From Fimicolochytrium jonesii (Eukaryota), in assembly GCF_025526975.1 (NCBI RefSeq), contig NW_026515692.1:186001-250000 (forward strand): a stretch of DNA of 64,000 nucleotides. Direction: 5' to 3'. Made by a program: the position numbers and the translations under genes. Numbering within the stretch: position 1 is the first letter of the stretch; each line of letters begins with the position of its first letter. Of the stretch, positions 1-11,229 are shown in pieces. Below the pieces are notes generated by a model that worked only from the letters and a program-made list of their open reading frames with translations, searched no databases and was not told the DNA's origin.

Positions 1-621
1 CTGAAAGTTCCTGGCGGGTTGTTTCTCGCATGATTGGCACCACCACATCGAAACGCCATTTGCTTCCTTCCGTCCGCAGCCACGGCAGACTGGCTGTTCT
101 GGAAATGCAGGTGGCGAGCGGAATGGCTCGATAGAACGTTCACATCCGGCACAAATGGCGATGCCGGAGGTATTCTCCGGAGAGTGACATTCGTCGCAAT
201 GGTAAAAGTTCCTCTTCGTGGGAGTCTGACAGCCGTAGCAGTACCAGAACTCCTTGTAAAGGCCTTTCTGAACCTTCTCTGTGCAATAATAGCACAGTTC
301 CGGTGTATGCATCTTGCCATAACGGGCCTCTCGGTTATGCAGGGTTTGGAAACGTTCAATCAACCAAGGGACGTCCAAAAAGTTCGCCAATTGCTCCGTG
401 TTCCGCAGCGCTTGGCCAGAGGCTAGTCTAAGAAGATCCAGAAAAGGCTGTTCAGGCGTAGCTTTTGAAGAAGACGTCAAAACGTTGATTGTACAGTTAT
501 AGGACACAGCTAAGAAACCTACCCTCCAGTTCTGAAGCGGCGACTTCAGGACTGTTTCCAGTGCAGTCCTCTTCCATGGCTTTGATAAGTTTTGAGTGCC
601 CTCTGAGCATGTGCAAAGGTA
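1..621 (-). pseudogene. Partial inverted paralog of the Cys-rich gene at ~4.7-5.4 kb, cut at 621 by a Gypsy fragment
   Basis: The reverse complement aligns with ~4735-5357; the opposite-strand ORFs 34..426 and 4896..5324 are near-identical. Similarity stops abruptly at gcaaaggta (~621). Confidence 0.75.
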
Positions 622-799
622 GCTCTACAAGTCGGCGTTCGATGTTGACGGTCAGTGGTTAGTTCATGATGAGCTGAGAGCTGGGCGGACATCCATCTCT
701 GGGAACTGCTTTTGTTTTGTTGTGCCAGTCTGCCAGAAGCTTGAGGTCCACATACCCTCAGAAGGGGCGCGCCTCGATCCCACCTCCGAGCAGTCGGTA

Positions 800-1674
800 C
801 GGCGGTCCCACCCTATGCTGGGTTGGCGTTCCTGGGGGCTCAGAGGGCCGCGGGGACGAGCGGTGTCAATCTGCATGGGTTCGCTGTGGTCAACGGTGGT
901 GGTAGTGGTAAACGAGGTATGGGGAACTGGGAAAGTCTGGCGGCTTCCGTTTCGTTCCAGGCGGCGCTCAAACAGTCGGTTATCGCACTGGATAGCCTGC
1001 TCCATCACCGCATCAATGATGGCAGCAGGAGGCATCGTGAGCATCAGGTCCTTGACGTTCTCTTTGAGGCCACGGTGGAAGGTCGCATTCAGGGCCTGGT
1101 CATTCCAGGAGACATCGCATCATAGCTGGCGGAACTCAGCGATGTACTAGGTGGCTGCACGGGTTTGGCAAAGGTTCTGGAGCTTGTTTTCGGAGGTGCG
1201 GACCCTGTCGCTGTCTCCGAAGACAGACTGCATCTGACCGATAAAACTATCGAAGTTCTGAAGGCTGTGATCTTGGCGTTTGACTAGGGGCGCCATCCAG
1301 GCTTGCGCAGTGCCGGTGAGGTAGGTGCCAATTGTTTGGATCTTGATGATGTCGCTGGGGTAGCGGTCGGGCCGGAGAGCAAACATCAACCGGATGTTGT
1401 TCAACCACCCACGGAATTTGCTGCGGGTACCATCAAACTTCTCGGGCGAGCTGATTCTTGGCTCCAGAGCTCCAGGAGCCGGGTTGGTGACTTGACGACG
1501 GGCGTACGCATCGGCTTGAACCTGGGTGGCAATGTTCTGGGCAGCTTGTGCGTCGGCTTGCGCTTGCGCTAGGTTGGCCTGCAAGTTGGCGTTTTGGCTT
1601 TGCAAGGCGGCGATGGCTTGGCACATATCATTCCATTGTTCGGCGGTGAAAGGTACGGATCCGGATTGGGACAT
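800..1674 (-). pseudogene. gag: Gypsy gag (retrotransposon capsid) with in-frame stops
   Basis: ORFs 1147..1740 and 664..1044 share a frame and are separated by in-frame stops (TAG at 1147-1149). Capsid motifs as above. Confidence 0.85.
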
Positions 1675-1742
1675 GGTGAAAAGGTTTGGCAGATGCAGGG
1701 CTTGACGGGTTCTGAACATCGCAGTGTTGGAGCAGATCAAAC

Positions 1743-2229
1743 TGTTATGATCTCAACAACTGAGGCGGAAGCAAAGTAGAGAAGACAAGGCGAGAGCGAT
1801 GGGCGACAAGAGATTGTATTGGCAAAACAAGAGACAAGGACTAGAACAAGAGACGAGAAGAACTGGTGTTGATCTGCTGGGGAGGAAGGGAATGGGCGAA
1901 GAGAGGCCGGCTATTTATAGACAGGCAACCCATCAGATCAGAGAACAACAACAACAAGAGGGGACTGGGGGGGGGGGGGGTGCCAGCTATGCTCCTAGAG
2001 CGTGCGTGGCGAGCGTAGAGAGCATTGCTACAGCTGCTGGCTATGGGGAAGTAGTGGGGGCTGTGGAGAAGCCGTGGGGGGATTGGCGAAATGAGAGGAC
2101 AGAGGAGGAGTGGCAATATTGCAGGAGGATTGGCAAAATGAGAGGAGAGAGGGGGAGTGGCATTGACATTGGCATTGACACTGACATTGACACTGACATT
2201 GACACTGACATTGACATTGGCGTTTGACA
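1743..2229 (-). repeat. 5' LTR of Gypsy F (487 bp)
   Basis: Minus strand reads TGTCAAAC...TCATAACA, with TATAAATA at 1919-1912 and a 6-bp (TTGACA/CTGACA)n tandem array at ~2160-2229. It lies directly upstream of gag. Confidence 0.8.
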
Positions 2230-2659
2230 TTGGCGGCTGTCAGTGTGCTGTCATGAGGTAAGCTTATGGTATGGGCGCGTCGTCCATCACAGAGACGGAG
2301 ATCTCGGTGATGAGCACGCTGCGCCTGTCGTCTCCGCAGCAAAAGGAGAAGCAGGAGGTTGTTGTCACCGTCAGGGAGGTCGTCCAGTGCTGCCCGCATG
2401 TCTGCAAAGCGAAAAAGCTGGCGCAATCCTTTTCAAGATGCTGGCGGGGAATTCGTTTTGAAAGCTACGGATTGGAGGGCCCCTCTTTGTTCCCAACGGA
2501 CCGCTCGCAACGTATTCATGGCAATACCCCTCTCCGGGGACAAGTTACCGCCTTTCCGGACAGAATTTGTCGCGGGAATCTGTTCTGAACGGATAGCACA
2601 ACCTCTCTAGAGAGTTGAAACAGAGAATATATCGCGTCTTAAATGCCCTCCATTCAATG

Positions 2660-3250
2660 TCAAACATAGATGTCATCAACACTCTCACGATCGACAATGA
2701 TAGCTAATGCGTGGAGAATTCGTAAAGTCTCAAAGACCAATACAGCATCGTACAATGGTTTGTCCCCCTCCACGTGCTCATGTAGTTCATCCCATATGGT
2801 GATGATGCGGCTGCGTGTGGCGCTTGCTTTGGTAGACATAGTCTCATCTGACACTATAACGTCTAGTCTGTCCTCGTCACGCCATAGCATACGATACAAA
2901 TATCTGGTCTCGATCCAGATACCAATGTTGTAGAAAGCTCTAACATTCATCGATGCGACCTTGTACGTGTTGTACAGATACAGTAGCTCAGATACGTACA
3001 AATGATAACGAGACCATTGCTGGGTCGATAGATCAGCGATCGATGCATCAACATGAGTGTCCAACAGAGCTAGCAGCCTGGCGATATCCCCACCCATCAA
3101 CATGAGCGTCATCCGGTCGATCACATTAGCTCGCTCTGATTCTGGTATGACATCTAGAGCGTGAGGAGAGAGGTTGTAGCGTATGAGGGTACGACTCACT
3201 ATAGGCGAGTCGAACCTTACGCTGTGCACAGTGGGTACATCGGGTTCCAT
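2660..3250 (-). CDS. Hypothetical protein, 196 aa, possibly the 3' part of a longer decayed gene starting near 3.8 kb
   Basis: Open frame with globular-protein composition and a TATAAATA-like motif at ~3836-3843 on the minus strand. No family recognised. Confidence 0.4.
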   Translation of the reverse strand: MEPDVPTVHSVRFDSPIVSRTLIRYNLSPHALDVIPESERANVIDRMTLMLMGGDIARLLALLDTHVDASIADLSTQQWSRYHLYVSELLYLYNTYKVASMNVRAFYNIGIWIETRYLYRMLWRDEDRLDVIVSDETMSTKASATRSRIITIWDELHEHVEGDKPLYDAVLVFETLRILHALAIIVDRESVDDIYV

Positions 3251-4599
3251 TGTGAAAGGTGTGGGCTGTAGAGGATCAATGAATATCGGCTGTTATGTAA
3301 GTGGTCAACGAGGATGTTAATGGCCACAAGCGGATTGCTTCCAAGACGAATGCAAAGCGGGTGCGATGAGCGACCTGTGCGTGATCGTAAGTTCGGTATG
3401 AGATGCAGTTGGGGAGGTCTTCCCAGTCGAGGTAGTCCGCCGCAAGGTGAAAATAAAGTGCCAATCATGCGGCGCCGGAGTGGCGGGATCGATGATCTCA
3501 ATGAAACTGAGAATAGAGACGGTGTATACCCAACTCCGTCGGAGAAGGGCTTGTTAAACTAGAGCTTATCGATCGTTTTGACGGGGTGCTGCAAGTAGCC
3601 GCGTCCGAGACGGAGACTAGAGGCAATTTTCAGTGTTAGCGATACGGCGTCCGGGCCACCAGCAGCGGTTTGTCTGCAAGTCAGGTGTGAAGCGTGTGGG
3701 ATGGGCGTTTTTGGCGTGATCGTAAAGTCGGCACGAGATGTAGTCGGGGAGGTCTTCCCAGTTGAGGCAGTGAGACTGGATGGGTTGTGCATTCCTGCAA
3801 CGGACAACGAGAGAGGAAGTTGTAAATGACGAGGCTATTTATAACCGCAGCACGGAGTGCAGGTCATTGGGTCACGTGAGTAGTCTGTTTCATCATTTAT
3901 ATTTATTCACTTTTCCATGAGATAGTTGCTCTAGCTCCCATTTGTCCACGCCCCAGCGCCCCAGGCTTCTCCCGTCTCCATGCCCTCTTACCGTTGCCAG
4001 CTCTCGCGAAGGTTGGCACAATTCCCCAAACGTGACGCTCCAATCTCATCGTGTTTTCAACAATGGGCTATTGCAACGAATACTGCTCACATTTTTGGTG
4101 AAGGATGGGTTCTACTAGCCTCGACATTACCTTCAACAACAAACACTTGCACTATTCCGCAACGCACCGTCCGGTGGAGCTCATCTTCCTGTTTGCTTTC
4201 CTCATTTACCATATACTGCCCGTCTTCATTTTGCGTTGGTGTGGCCAAACGGTTGAGGTGGAGTTGGAGCGCAGCAGTAAGGATCTGCTTTTTGGTTTTT
4301 ATGTTATCAATTGCAAATGCAAACTCGAATAGTGCTTGAAACAGGCCTCGACGAAAAGGAGCAGAGAGGATGACAAAACGCTGACAGGATTAACGCGATA
4401 TTTGAAGCCGTACAACATCGTGTCAACTCCGGTGAAAAACCTCGCTTCAAGGTCCTCGCAGTAGGAAACCGTCCGTTACCTATTGATCGATTGCCGTGCG
4501 CCGTCAATGAAGTGACCCATAATAATGATCAATGAAGCCATGCAGGAAGAAGTTGACAAACTGAAAGCCAATGAGAGAGGGGTTTTGACCCGCTTCTAA

Positions 4600-5474
4600 A
4601 TATGATGTTGGCTGATTGGCCCGACCGGTTTCCAGAGAACTTCCAGGCTGAAGCTGCGGGCATCTATGGATATCCAAGGTCACGGTTAAAGGGAGGGCGC
4701 CGACTATGTGTAGCTCAGTTGGTGATAATATACTGTACCTTTGCACATGCTCAAAGGGCATTCAAAAGTTATCAAAGCCATGGAAGAGGACTGCACTGGA
4801 AACAGTCTTCAAGTCGCTGCTTCAGAACTGGAGGGTAGGTTTCTTCGCTGTGTCCTATAACTGTACAATCAACGTTTTGACGTCTTCTTCAAAAGCTACA
4901 TCTGAACACCCTTTTCTGGTTCTTCTGAGACTAGCCTCTGGCCAAGCGCTGCGGAACACGGAGCAATTGGCGGACTTTTTGGACGTCCCTTGGTTGGTTG
5001 AAACCTTTCCAAACCCTGCATTACCGAGAGGCTCTTTATGGCAAGATCCATATACCGGAATTGTGCTATTATTGCACAGAGAAGGTTCAGAAAGGCCTTT
5101 ACAAGGAGTTCTGGTACTGCTACGGCTGTCAGACTCTCACAAAGAGGAACTTTTACCATTGCAACGAATGTCACTCTCCGGAAAATACCTCCGGTATCGC
5201 CATTTGTGCTGGACGTGGCCTTTCTATCGAGCCATTCCGCTCGCCACCTGCATATCCAGAACAGCCAGTCTGCTGTGGCTGCGGACGGAAGGACGAAAAT
5301 GGCGTTTCGACGTGGGGGTGCCAATCATGCACGAAATGACCTGCCCAGAACTTTCAGCATTGCGACGACTGTAGGACAGACAGTCGTGCGAAGCGGATCT
5401 ACGTCTGCAAGCAATGTGGACCCATATGGACCAACATGGAGCGCAGCAGGAAGGCACTTACGCTTGTAGCGTGA
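4600..5474 (+). pseudogene. Decayed gene with a C-terminal multi-CxxC (putative zinc-binding) region
   Basis: ORF 4998..5339 has CYYC, CYGC, CNEC, CCGC and CQSC, and continues past TGA 5337-5339 into CDDC and CKQC. The inverted copy at 1-621 has CAA at that stop position. Confidence 0.55.
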
Positions 5475-5693
5475 AATGATGCACTCCACATTAGCTGACC
5501 TTCAAATTGGAATGCGTATCTTCTTCTGGGGCGTGATAGTCCGACTCGTAACAAAGAACGGGATATTTGGTAGTTGCCTCAATGCCATCAAGGATGGGTG
5601 CAGTCATAGCCGCAGACGGGGCGGAACCACTAGGTATCAGGAAAAATGTCCAAGATATGAGGATGATGCGTCCAAACATTCTGCCCTGACTTA

Positions 5694-7371
5694 GGCGCCC
5701 AATTTACTGGGATCGACAATTAGTAAATCGAGTTGGGCTCGACATCTGGCTCGAGTTGTGCGCACATTATCGATAGCTGGTCTCCAGCCCTTTTTCAAGG
5801 GGACCTCCCTCTCAATATGCCAATTTACTCAGCTGCATACCGGAGACCAGGGTCTTGTCAAGCTAAACTTGGCACAGTGCGGGATTGGTGTCCAGAGTCG
5901 ATCTCAAATGGGAGTAAATTCATGTGTGCAAGATCCACCAGGCCTGTCTCCATAGTCTAGACCCGTCTCCAGATCCAGAGCTGGGGGAGTCTCTGTCCCG
6001 AGCCTGTCTCCAGTCGCCAAGCCTGTCTCCAGCCTGTCTCCAGTCGTGTCTGCCCTCATGAACGGCCTCTGGACTGAACCTGCCTTCATCTGCGCACTCT
6101 ACCTTGCCGCCACTCAGCCAGTGCGGAAGAGATGCCTTCCTGGCAATCGTCGGAGCCTCGGGATCGGCCTCTGGGAGCGGGAGAAGCTCCATCAACCTCC
6201 CAACGCCGGAGACAGGGACCCGTTTATCGAGCACTTCCGTGTGGCTCGCGGCCCTTTCGAGTGGATTGCTGCACAGCTTCCCTGTGTCTTGTATAAAGAT
6301 CTGGCTCGGGGAGGTCTCCCTGTGCCCAAGCGCCTCGCAATAGCTCTATATGGGTGGGCTCATGGGACTTCCGAGCCAGTTGTATCCCATGTCTTTCAGG
6401 TCTCCCGCACTGCCGTGCGTGTCACATGCAAGGATGTGGCAGTTGCAATCAAGGATGCGCTCGGAGACAAGGTTCTTAGGATGCCTCCCCCGTCAGATCT
6501 GGCTGTATGGGGTCATATTGCCTCTGGTTTTGCGTCTTGCCGTGGCATATACCCTTGTAGAGGAGCAATAGACGGCACCCACTTCAGACTGCGAAAACCT
6601 CCCTGGGATGAGATTCATAATGCGTACACCAACCGTAAGGGCACACAGTTGATTATCTGCCAGGCTTTTTGTGACTCTCAGGGCCTTTTTCGCGACGTAA
6701 GTACATGGAGACAGGGATGGAGACGGAGACGGAGACGGAGACGGAGACGGAGACGGAGACGGAGACGGAGACGGGGACGGAGACAAGGATGGAGACGGAG
6801 ACGGGGATGGAGCCAGTACTGACTTTAGTGACTTTCCCCTTCCTTGCCTACCCATAGATTTGCATTGGATGGCCTGGGAGCATGCACGACAGCCGTGTGT
6901 TTGCAAACTCCGGACTTGGGCTAGGCCTTTGTGCCGGCACGCTTCTCCCTTCAGACTTCTTTCTCGTTGGAGACTCAGGCTACGCGCTGAAGCCATACAT
7001 GCTGGTCCCGTACAAAGGCCTCGTATCGCCGACTGAGCGGCAGTAGAACTTCAATTTCTCTCAGTCTTCGATCCGCATCATCGTCGAGCAGGCATTTGGA
7101 CGGTTGAAAAATCGCTGGCGCATACTGCTGAAGGAGCAGCAGGAGCTGCCAGAGCTCGTTGCAAACGTTGTCCATGCCTGTATGGTGCTTCACAACCTTG
7201 CGGCTAATGACGCCAATAGCGTCTACTTGGACAAATGGGGTTCCATCCCTCAGGAGACAGGCGTGGAGACGGCGGGTTGCTTATCAACATCCATGGAGAC
7301 CGATGATACCCTTGTAGACGGACTGGGTGTTCGCCGGCGCTGCTATTCGATATGCAGTAAAAGAGTTCACT
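5694..7371 (+). mobile_element. PIF/Harbinger DNA transposon, right end lost
   Basis: TTA at 5691-5693 precedes a candidate left end GGCGCCCAATTTACT. The CCAATTTACT motif recurs subterminally, and a Harbinger transposase follows. Confidence 0.7.
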
Positions 7372-7379
7372 TGTTGTGA
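6046..7379 (+). pseudogene. Harbinger (HARBI1-like) DDE transposase; intron 6697-6857; premature TAG at 7044-7046
   Basis: Motifs GAIDGTH, YTNRKG, GWPGSMHDSRVF, GDSGY, VEQAFGRLKNRW and ACMVLHN. A phase-0 intron (GTAAGT...TACTGAC at 6817...TAG) joins the frames. Confidence 0.9.
6707..6812. repeat. (GGAGAC)n hexanucleotide microsatellite inside the Harbinger intron
   Basis: Tandem repeat seen directly; it explains the poly-Arg and Ser-Pro runs in the ORF track. Confidence 0.95.
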
Positions 7380-7660
7380 ATAGGAACGCGCGACGAGCAC
7401 TGTTAAAGTACCCATGAGGCTGGAGTCAACTGGAGAACACTCTCGAGACGCGTCGTCCAGGAAATACCTGTATGTCCTCAGGATATACAGGTATGTCCCA
7501 CGAGGCCTGTCTCGCAGACATGTGGTTCTCCAACGAGACCGGACATCCCACATTACACCCCCCCCCAGATTCTACGATGCAAGCCTACTCCAGCAAGCTC
7601 GAGCAATGTAGAATATGAAGGTGTCCGGGATCGCACCCAGCGCAATCCTTAATGGTCCTC
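7372..7660 (-). mobile_element. Probable 3' end of another LTR element (G): PPT plus ~185-bp LTR
   Basis: On the minus strand a G9 tract precedes TGTAATG (7557), and the segment ends in ...ACA at 7372 or 7375. Only one copy is present, so it is unconfirmed. Confidence 0.45.
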
Positions 7661-7663
7661 CTC

Positions 7664-8154
7664 ACTTAGCAGTAGTCGGCAGAGGAAGCAGATGACTGAG
7701 CGAACTCTATATAGTGTGCAATGCTGTACTGTGAAGTCTGTATTGTCTTGTGGTAGAAAAGAGGACGCAAGGTCCAAAAGGGGAAGAAAAGGGTGAAGTC
7801 CCGTACGCGGAAGCGTGGCGTAAGCAGGAGGGGAGTCACATGAGGAAATAAACTACGGGAACCCTAACCGGGGACTCGGGAGGATGATACCTCCAACACC
7901 CCCACTCAAACTCACGAGTCTATCTAAGTGAAAGATAAATCTAAACAATGAGTACAATGGTGCGGCCGTACGCGAAAAGCGGGCGGACGTTGGGTGAATA
8001 GCTATGACTAAAAATGAAAGAAATGAAAGAGGAAAATGAAAGAAGAGGGAAACGCCGCAAGTATAAAACAAGACATAGCTGTCAGTTGCCCCAGAGAGGT
8101 AAGACCAATGTTCCCATACTCAACTACCTTATCCCAGACTACCACACGATACGC
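7664..8154 (-). mobile_element. Copia-A 3' fragment: 3' UTR, PPT and 3' LTR (7664-7898)
   Basis: Matches 27358-27880 and 40425-40710. PPT GAGTGGGGG abuts TGTTGGAG. Confidence 0.85.
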
Positions 8155-8573
8155 TGTGAAAGTGATCAGGTTGACAGCGTACGAGGAGATGGGGAGATTC
8201 AAGGGAGAGATTAGTATTTGTGCGCGCATGACCAGGCGTGATCAGTAGTAGGATAGAGACACACCCCCTTTCCCCCCCACTATAAAAAGGATGACACTGG
8301 CGTAGATTGGCCGTGGAGCATCTTACCGGCTATAGACTAGACCCTGAGTTTGTACCATAAGTTCCCATTTGACCCAACCAACTAGCGTACCTACGCCTAG
8401 CAGCCCGGGGTTGCCAATATATGGAGTACGCCCAAGCGTGTCTACTTGTGTGGTGAGAATAGGGATTCAGTTGGTCTCTACCTTTTACCTTGCACTCTCC
8501 ATGAGTAGATCATCTCCACCAGCGAATGACCCGATTTAGGACCTATCTCAGGGAATAAGCGACCACTTTCACA
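8155..8573 (-). mobile_element. Gypsy E 3' end: integrase C-terminus/chromodomain remnant, PPT and short LTR (8155-8263)
   Basis: 8300-8573 matches 21000-21274. A purine tract of G-runs around AAA precedes TGTGTCTC...CTTTCACA. Confidence 0.65.
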
Positions 8574-8576
8574 TTT

Positions 8577-8595
8577 TGGGGGCTTGGCCGGGAAC
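8577..8595 (+). promoter_or_regulatory. Primer-binding site of Gypsy C, tRNA-Pro type
   Basis: TGGGGGCTTGGCCGGGA resembles the canonical tRNA-Pro PBS TGGGGGCTCGTCCGGGAT and lies upstream of gag. Confidence 0.65.
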
Positions 8596-9209
8596 AAGGA
8601 GAGACCACCTTCAAGGAAAAATAGGGAAGGAATTACAAGGAATCTACGAGGTCATTTCCAAGATCGGATTGGCAAACCATATCTGCCACCTTACAAGAAA
8701 CCTACCCACGCGTCGCATTCTCTGTTTCCCTACGGAGAAGCGAAGCACCAATCTCCACCAGAGATTGAAGATCAGTCGATAGATCTTCACCAAGATCAAG
8801 ATAGCGAAACTGGCCGACGCAGAATTTGTCGCCAGTCTCCGCTCCGCAAGCCGCTCCTCAAGCCGCTCATAAACCAAGCAAGCAATTGCGGTGAGCAGCG
8901 CGACAGCCAAACGAGCAGCCTACGAGCGATACCAAAGTCCTCTGCTAATCAAGAGAGAACGCAAGTCCAAGGGCAAAGCCAAGTCCACGGATTCCCCGTC
9001 CAAGGAATCCCAGTCCAAGGAATCCTCCTCCGAGGAATCCTCGTCCGAGAATTGATCGTCAGAACAAGGCCAATCATCCGGTGCAAACCCGTCCCGGACA
9101 ACGACAGGATCAAGCAGCTTCCCAGGCGGCTTCCCAAGCACTCCACCAGCCCCAGTACCAAGGCCACCTGCTCAGGATTCCCCCGCGGATCCTCCAGCGC
9201 AAACCCAGT

Positions 9210-9429
9210 TGTAATAATGCTAGGTCCGTTGCCAGAGACTAGCTTTGTCTCCGTCTCGATGTATTGAAAGAATTCTAGAGTCTCTACCTCCCGGGGCGCC
9301 ACCCGAAGGCTTTTCTTCCCTTCGGGAGTCACCCCAGAGCGTAGGACTCCAATATAATCTATGCTACACGTGATCTTATGCCCTACGCGCTCCCTCGCAG
9401 TAAGGTGACACCTGCAGCACCTCATTACA
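9210..9429 (-). repeat. Solo LTR of Gypsy D (220 bp) inserted in the Gypsy C gag N-terminus
   Basis: TGTAAT...ATTACA termini; near-identical to 19154-19373; flanks CCAGT/CCCGT form a 5-bp TSD with one mismatch. Confidence 0.9.
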
Positions 9430-9574
9430 CCCGTCTACCCATCTATCCATCCATCCAGCCACTGCTGCTGTTGCCCCGGCGACCTCGCAAGAACAAGCCC
9501 GAGCGCAGACTCCCCACCAAGAATGGGAGCAAGAGGACACCTGGTTCACGCCGGTTGCTAGAAGGAATCTCGAA

Positions 9575-10915
9575 ATGGCAGATGGCACCCCCGCCGGAGC
9601 TCCCCAAGCGGCCACGGCGGCCACGGTACTTGAAGCGGCGGCAAGAGGATTCGAGCGAGCCCACTGGGAGTTGAAGAATGACATCTCGGCGAGATTCAAA
9701 GGCAAGCCGGGCAAGGATGCATATGCATTCCTGGAGAGGTTGAAGCAAAAAGCTCAAAGGGCCGTGGACCAAAAGTACTTCGATAACCTCGACGACATGG
9801 TGCCCAAGTTCGGTCCCCTCTTCAAGGATGGAGTGAAGAAATGGTGGAGCAGTCTGTCGTCGACCAACATTCCATTTGAGCAATTCAAGGAACAATTCAT
9901 GGCTCAATACGACGAGAAGATACCCCCTATCTACCGCTCGGCGAAAGTAGCCAGTATGAAGAAACTCAAGAAGGAAACGTCACGCAACTTCGCCATCCGC
10001 ATCAAGGAAGCCAATCATCGTCTCGGTGCCAATGCCCTGGAGCTAGGCCAGCTCGAGTATGCCTTCTACCAAGGTCACAAGCCCCGTGAGCAAGACAAGA
10101 TTGAGGAAGTAAAGATAGGGGGCAAGGACTGCTACAACGGGGCGGTGACCTTTGACCAATTTGCCGCAGAAGTGTATCGAAGAATCGACCAGAAACGGCT
10201 CCAAAGCCGGCGCCACGCCCAAAGCTCCTCCTCGTCCTCTTCGGACTCGGAGTTGGGCTCCAGTGGCTCCTCCTCTGCTTCTTCCTCGGAAGGAGAACGC
10301 AGCCGTCGTCGCCGGAACAAGAAGAACAACAGGAGGTTCCAGCCCCAGCGACGAGGATCTCCGTCGCCCATTCTGAAGACGGCCGTTCAAATTGCCCCGC
10401 CAAGTCCCATGCCTACCGCCGATATTGAGAAGCTAGCCAAACAGGCAGCAGAGAACGAGATAACCAAGTTCAAAGAGGAACTCCGCTTGACCGGTAGCCG
10501 ACGTGGACACATGGGACGGGCCTCACACTTGACGGAATTCGACGACGACCGGGATGATTATTCGGGTTACGAGGCGTACATGATGGACCGACAACGAGGT
10601 GCATACCCCCGCCAGCCGTATCCACGCAATGACTACGGCCAGCAGAGGCAGAACGACCTCAGTATGCAAGTGCAGGAAGTCGTCAAGAAGGCGGTTGCCG
10701 AAATTGCCGCGCAAATGGCCAAAGTGCAGATTAACAATGGCCAGTCCTTGGGAGGACCCCCAAGGATCGGAGACGGAAACTGTTTCGCCTGCGGAGGCGA
10801 CCACTTCAAGGACGACGTGGACCGCGAGACGGGGAGACCAGTATGCCCCAAGAAGCAAAGCCCCGGGGCAGGAAATGCCAATGCTGAGAAGCAACATTTT
10901 CCCCGCCAGGGCTAG
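9575..10915 (+). CDS. gag: Gag of Gypsy C (originally extended upstream across the solo LTR)
   Basis: Capsid motifs FKGKPGKDAYAFL, VKKWW and FKEQFMAQY; knuckle CFACGGDH...C with an extended spacer. Confidence 0.88.
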   Translation: MADGTPAGAPQAATAATVLEAAARGFERAHWELKNDISARFKGKPGKDAYAFLERLKQKAQRAVDQKYFDNLDDMVPKFGPLFKDGVKKWWSSLSSTNIPFEQFKEQFMAQYDEKIPPIYRSAKVASMKKLKKETSRNFAIRIKEANHRLGANALELGQLEYAFYQGHKPREQDKIEEVKIGGKDCYNGAVTFDQFAAEVYRRIDQKRLQSRRHAQSSSSSSSDSELGSSGSSSASSSEGERSRRRRNKKNNRRFQPQRRGSPSPILKTAVQIAPPSPMPTADIEKLAKQAAENEITKFKEELRLTGSRRGHMGRASHLTEFDDDRDDYSGYEAYMMDRQRGAYPRQPYPRNDYGQQRQNDLSMQVQEVVKKAVAEIAAQMAKVQINNGQSLGGPPRIGDGNCFACGGDHFKDDVDRETGRPVCPKKQSPGAGNANAEKQHFPRQG

Positions 10916-11229
10916 GAGCCGACAGCCTCCTAGTCCTGGAACCAACGGCTCTTGAGCAGGAAGACCACGGAGAATCGCTGCCTCAAGGCCAGGATGAAAG
11001 TCTGACCTTTCCTGCTCGGTCACCATCAGAACCGAGAAGAGGCAGTGATTCCGATTCCGAAAGTGACTGGGGGACGCGCGGAGAAAGCACGACAGCTGAC
11101 AAATTGTTACAACCCCAACACCTGTCCAAGTCGGTAGAAGAAAAACCCAACTCGGACGACCCTGACCAAACACGCTACCCGTCCCCACCACCCGAAAAAG
11201 AACTCTACTTGATCAACCTGGTTGACAAT

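Larger units (their letters stand above)
622..2229 (-). mobile_element. Truncated Ty3/Gypsy element F (Tf1/sushi-like): 5' LTR plus decayed gag
   Basis: LTR at 1743-2229, followed by gag motifs PEKFDGTRSKFRGW, TYLTGTAQAW, FHRGLKENVKD and EPMQID. Confidence 0.85.

Noticed and set aside
2160..2229. CQ/DT/NV repeat proteins or a CRISPR-like array
   Set aside because: A 6-bp tandem repeat within an LTR, with no spacers and no cas genes.
3190..3205. 16-nt match to the T7 promoter (TACGACTCACTATAGG)
   Set aside because: It lacks the 5' TAA, has no extended vector sequence around it, and sits inside an uninterrupted ORF. Treated as coincidence; a VecScreen run and read check would settle it.
6703..6822. 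Poly-Arg tail on the transposase
   Set aside because: It is a translation of an intronic microsatellite.
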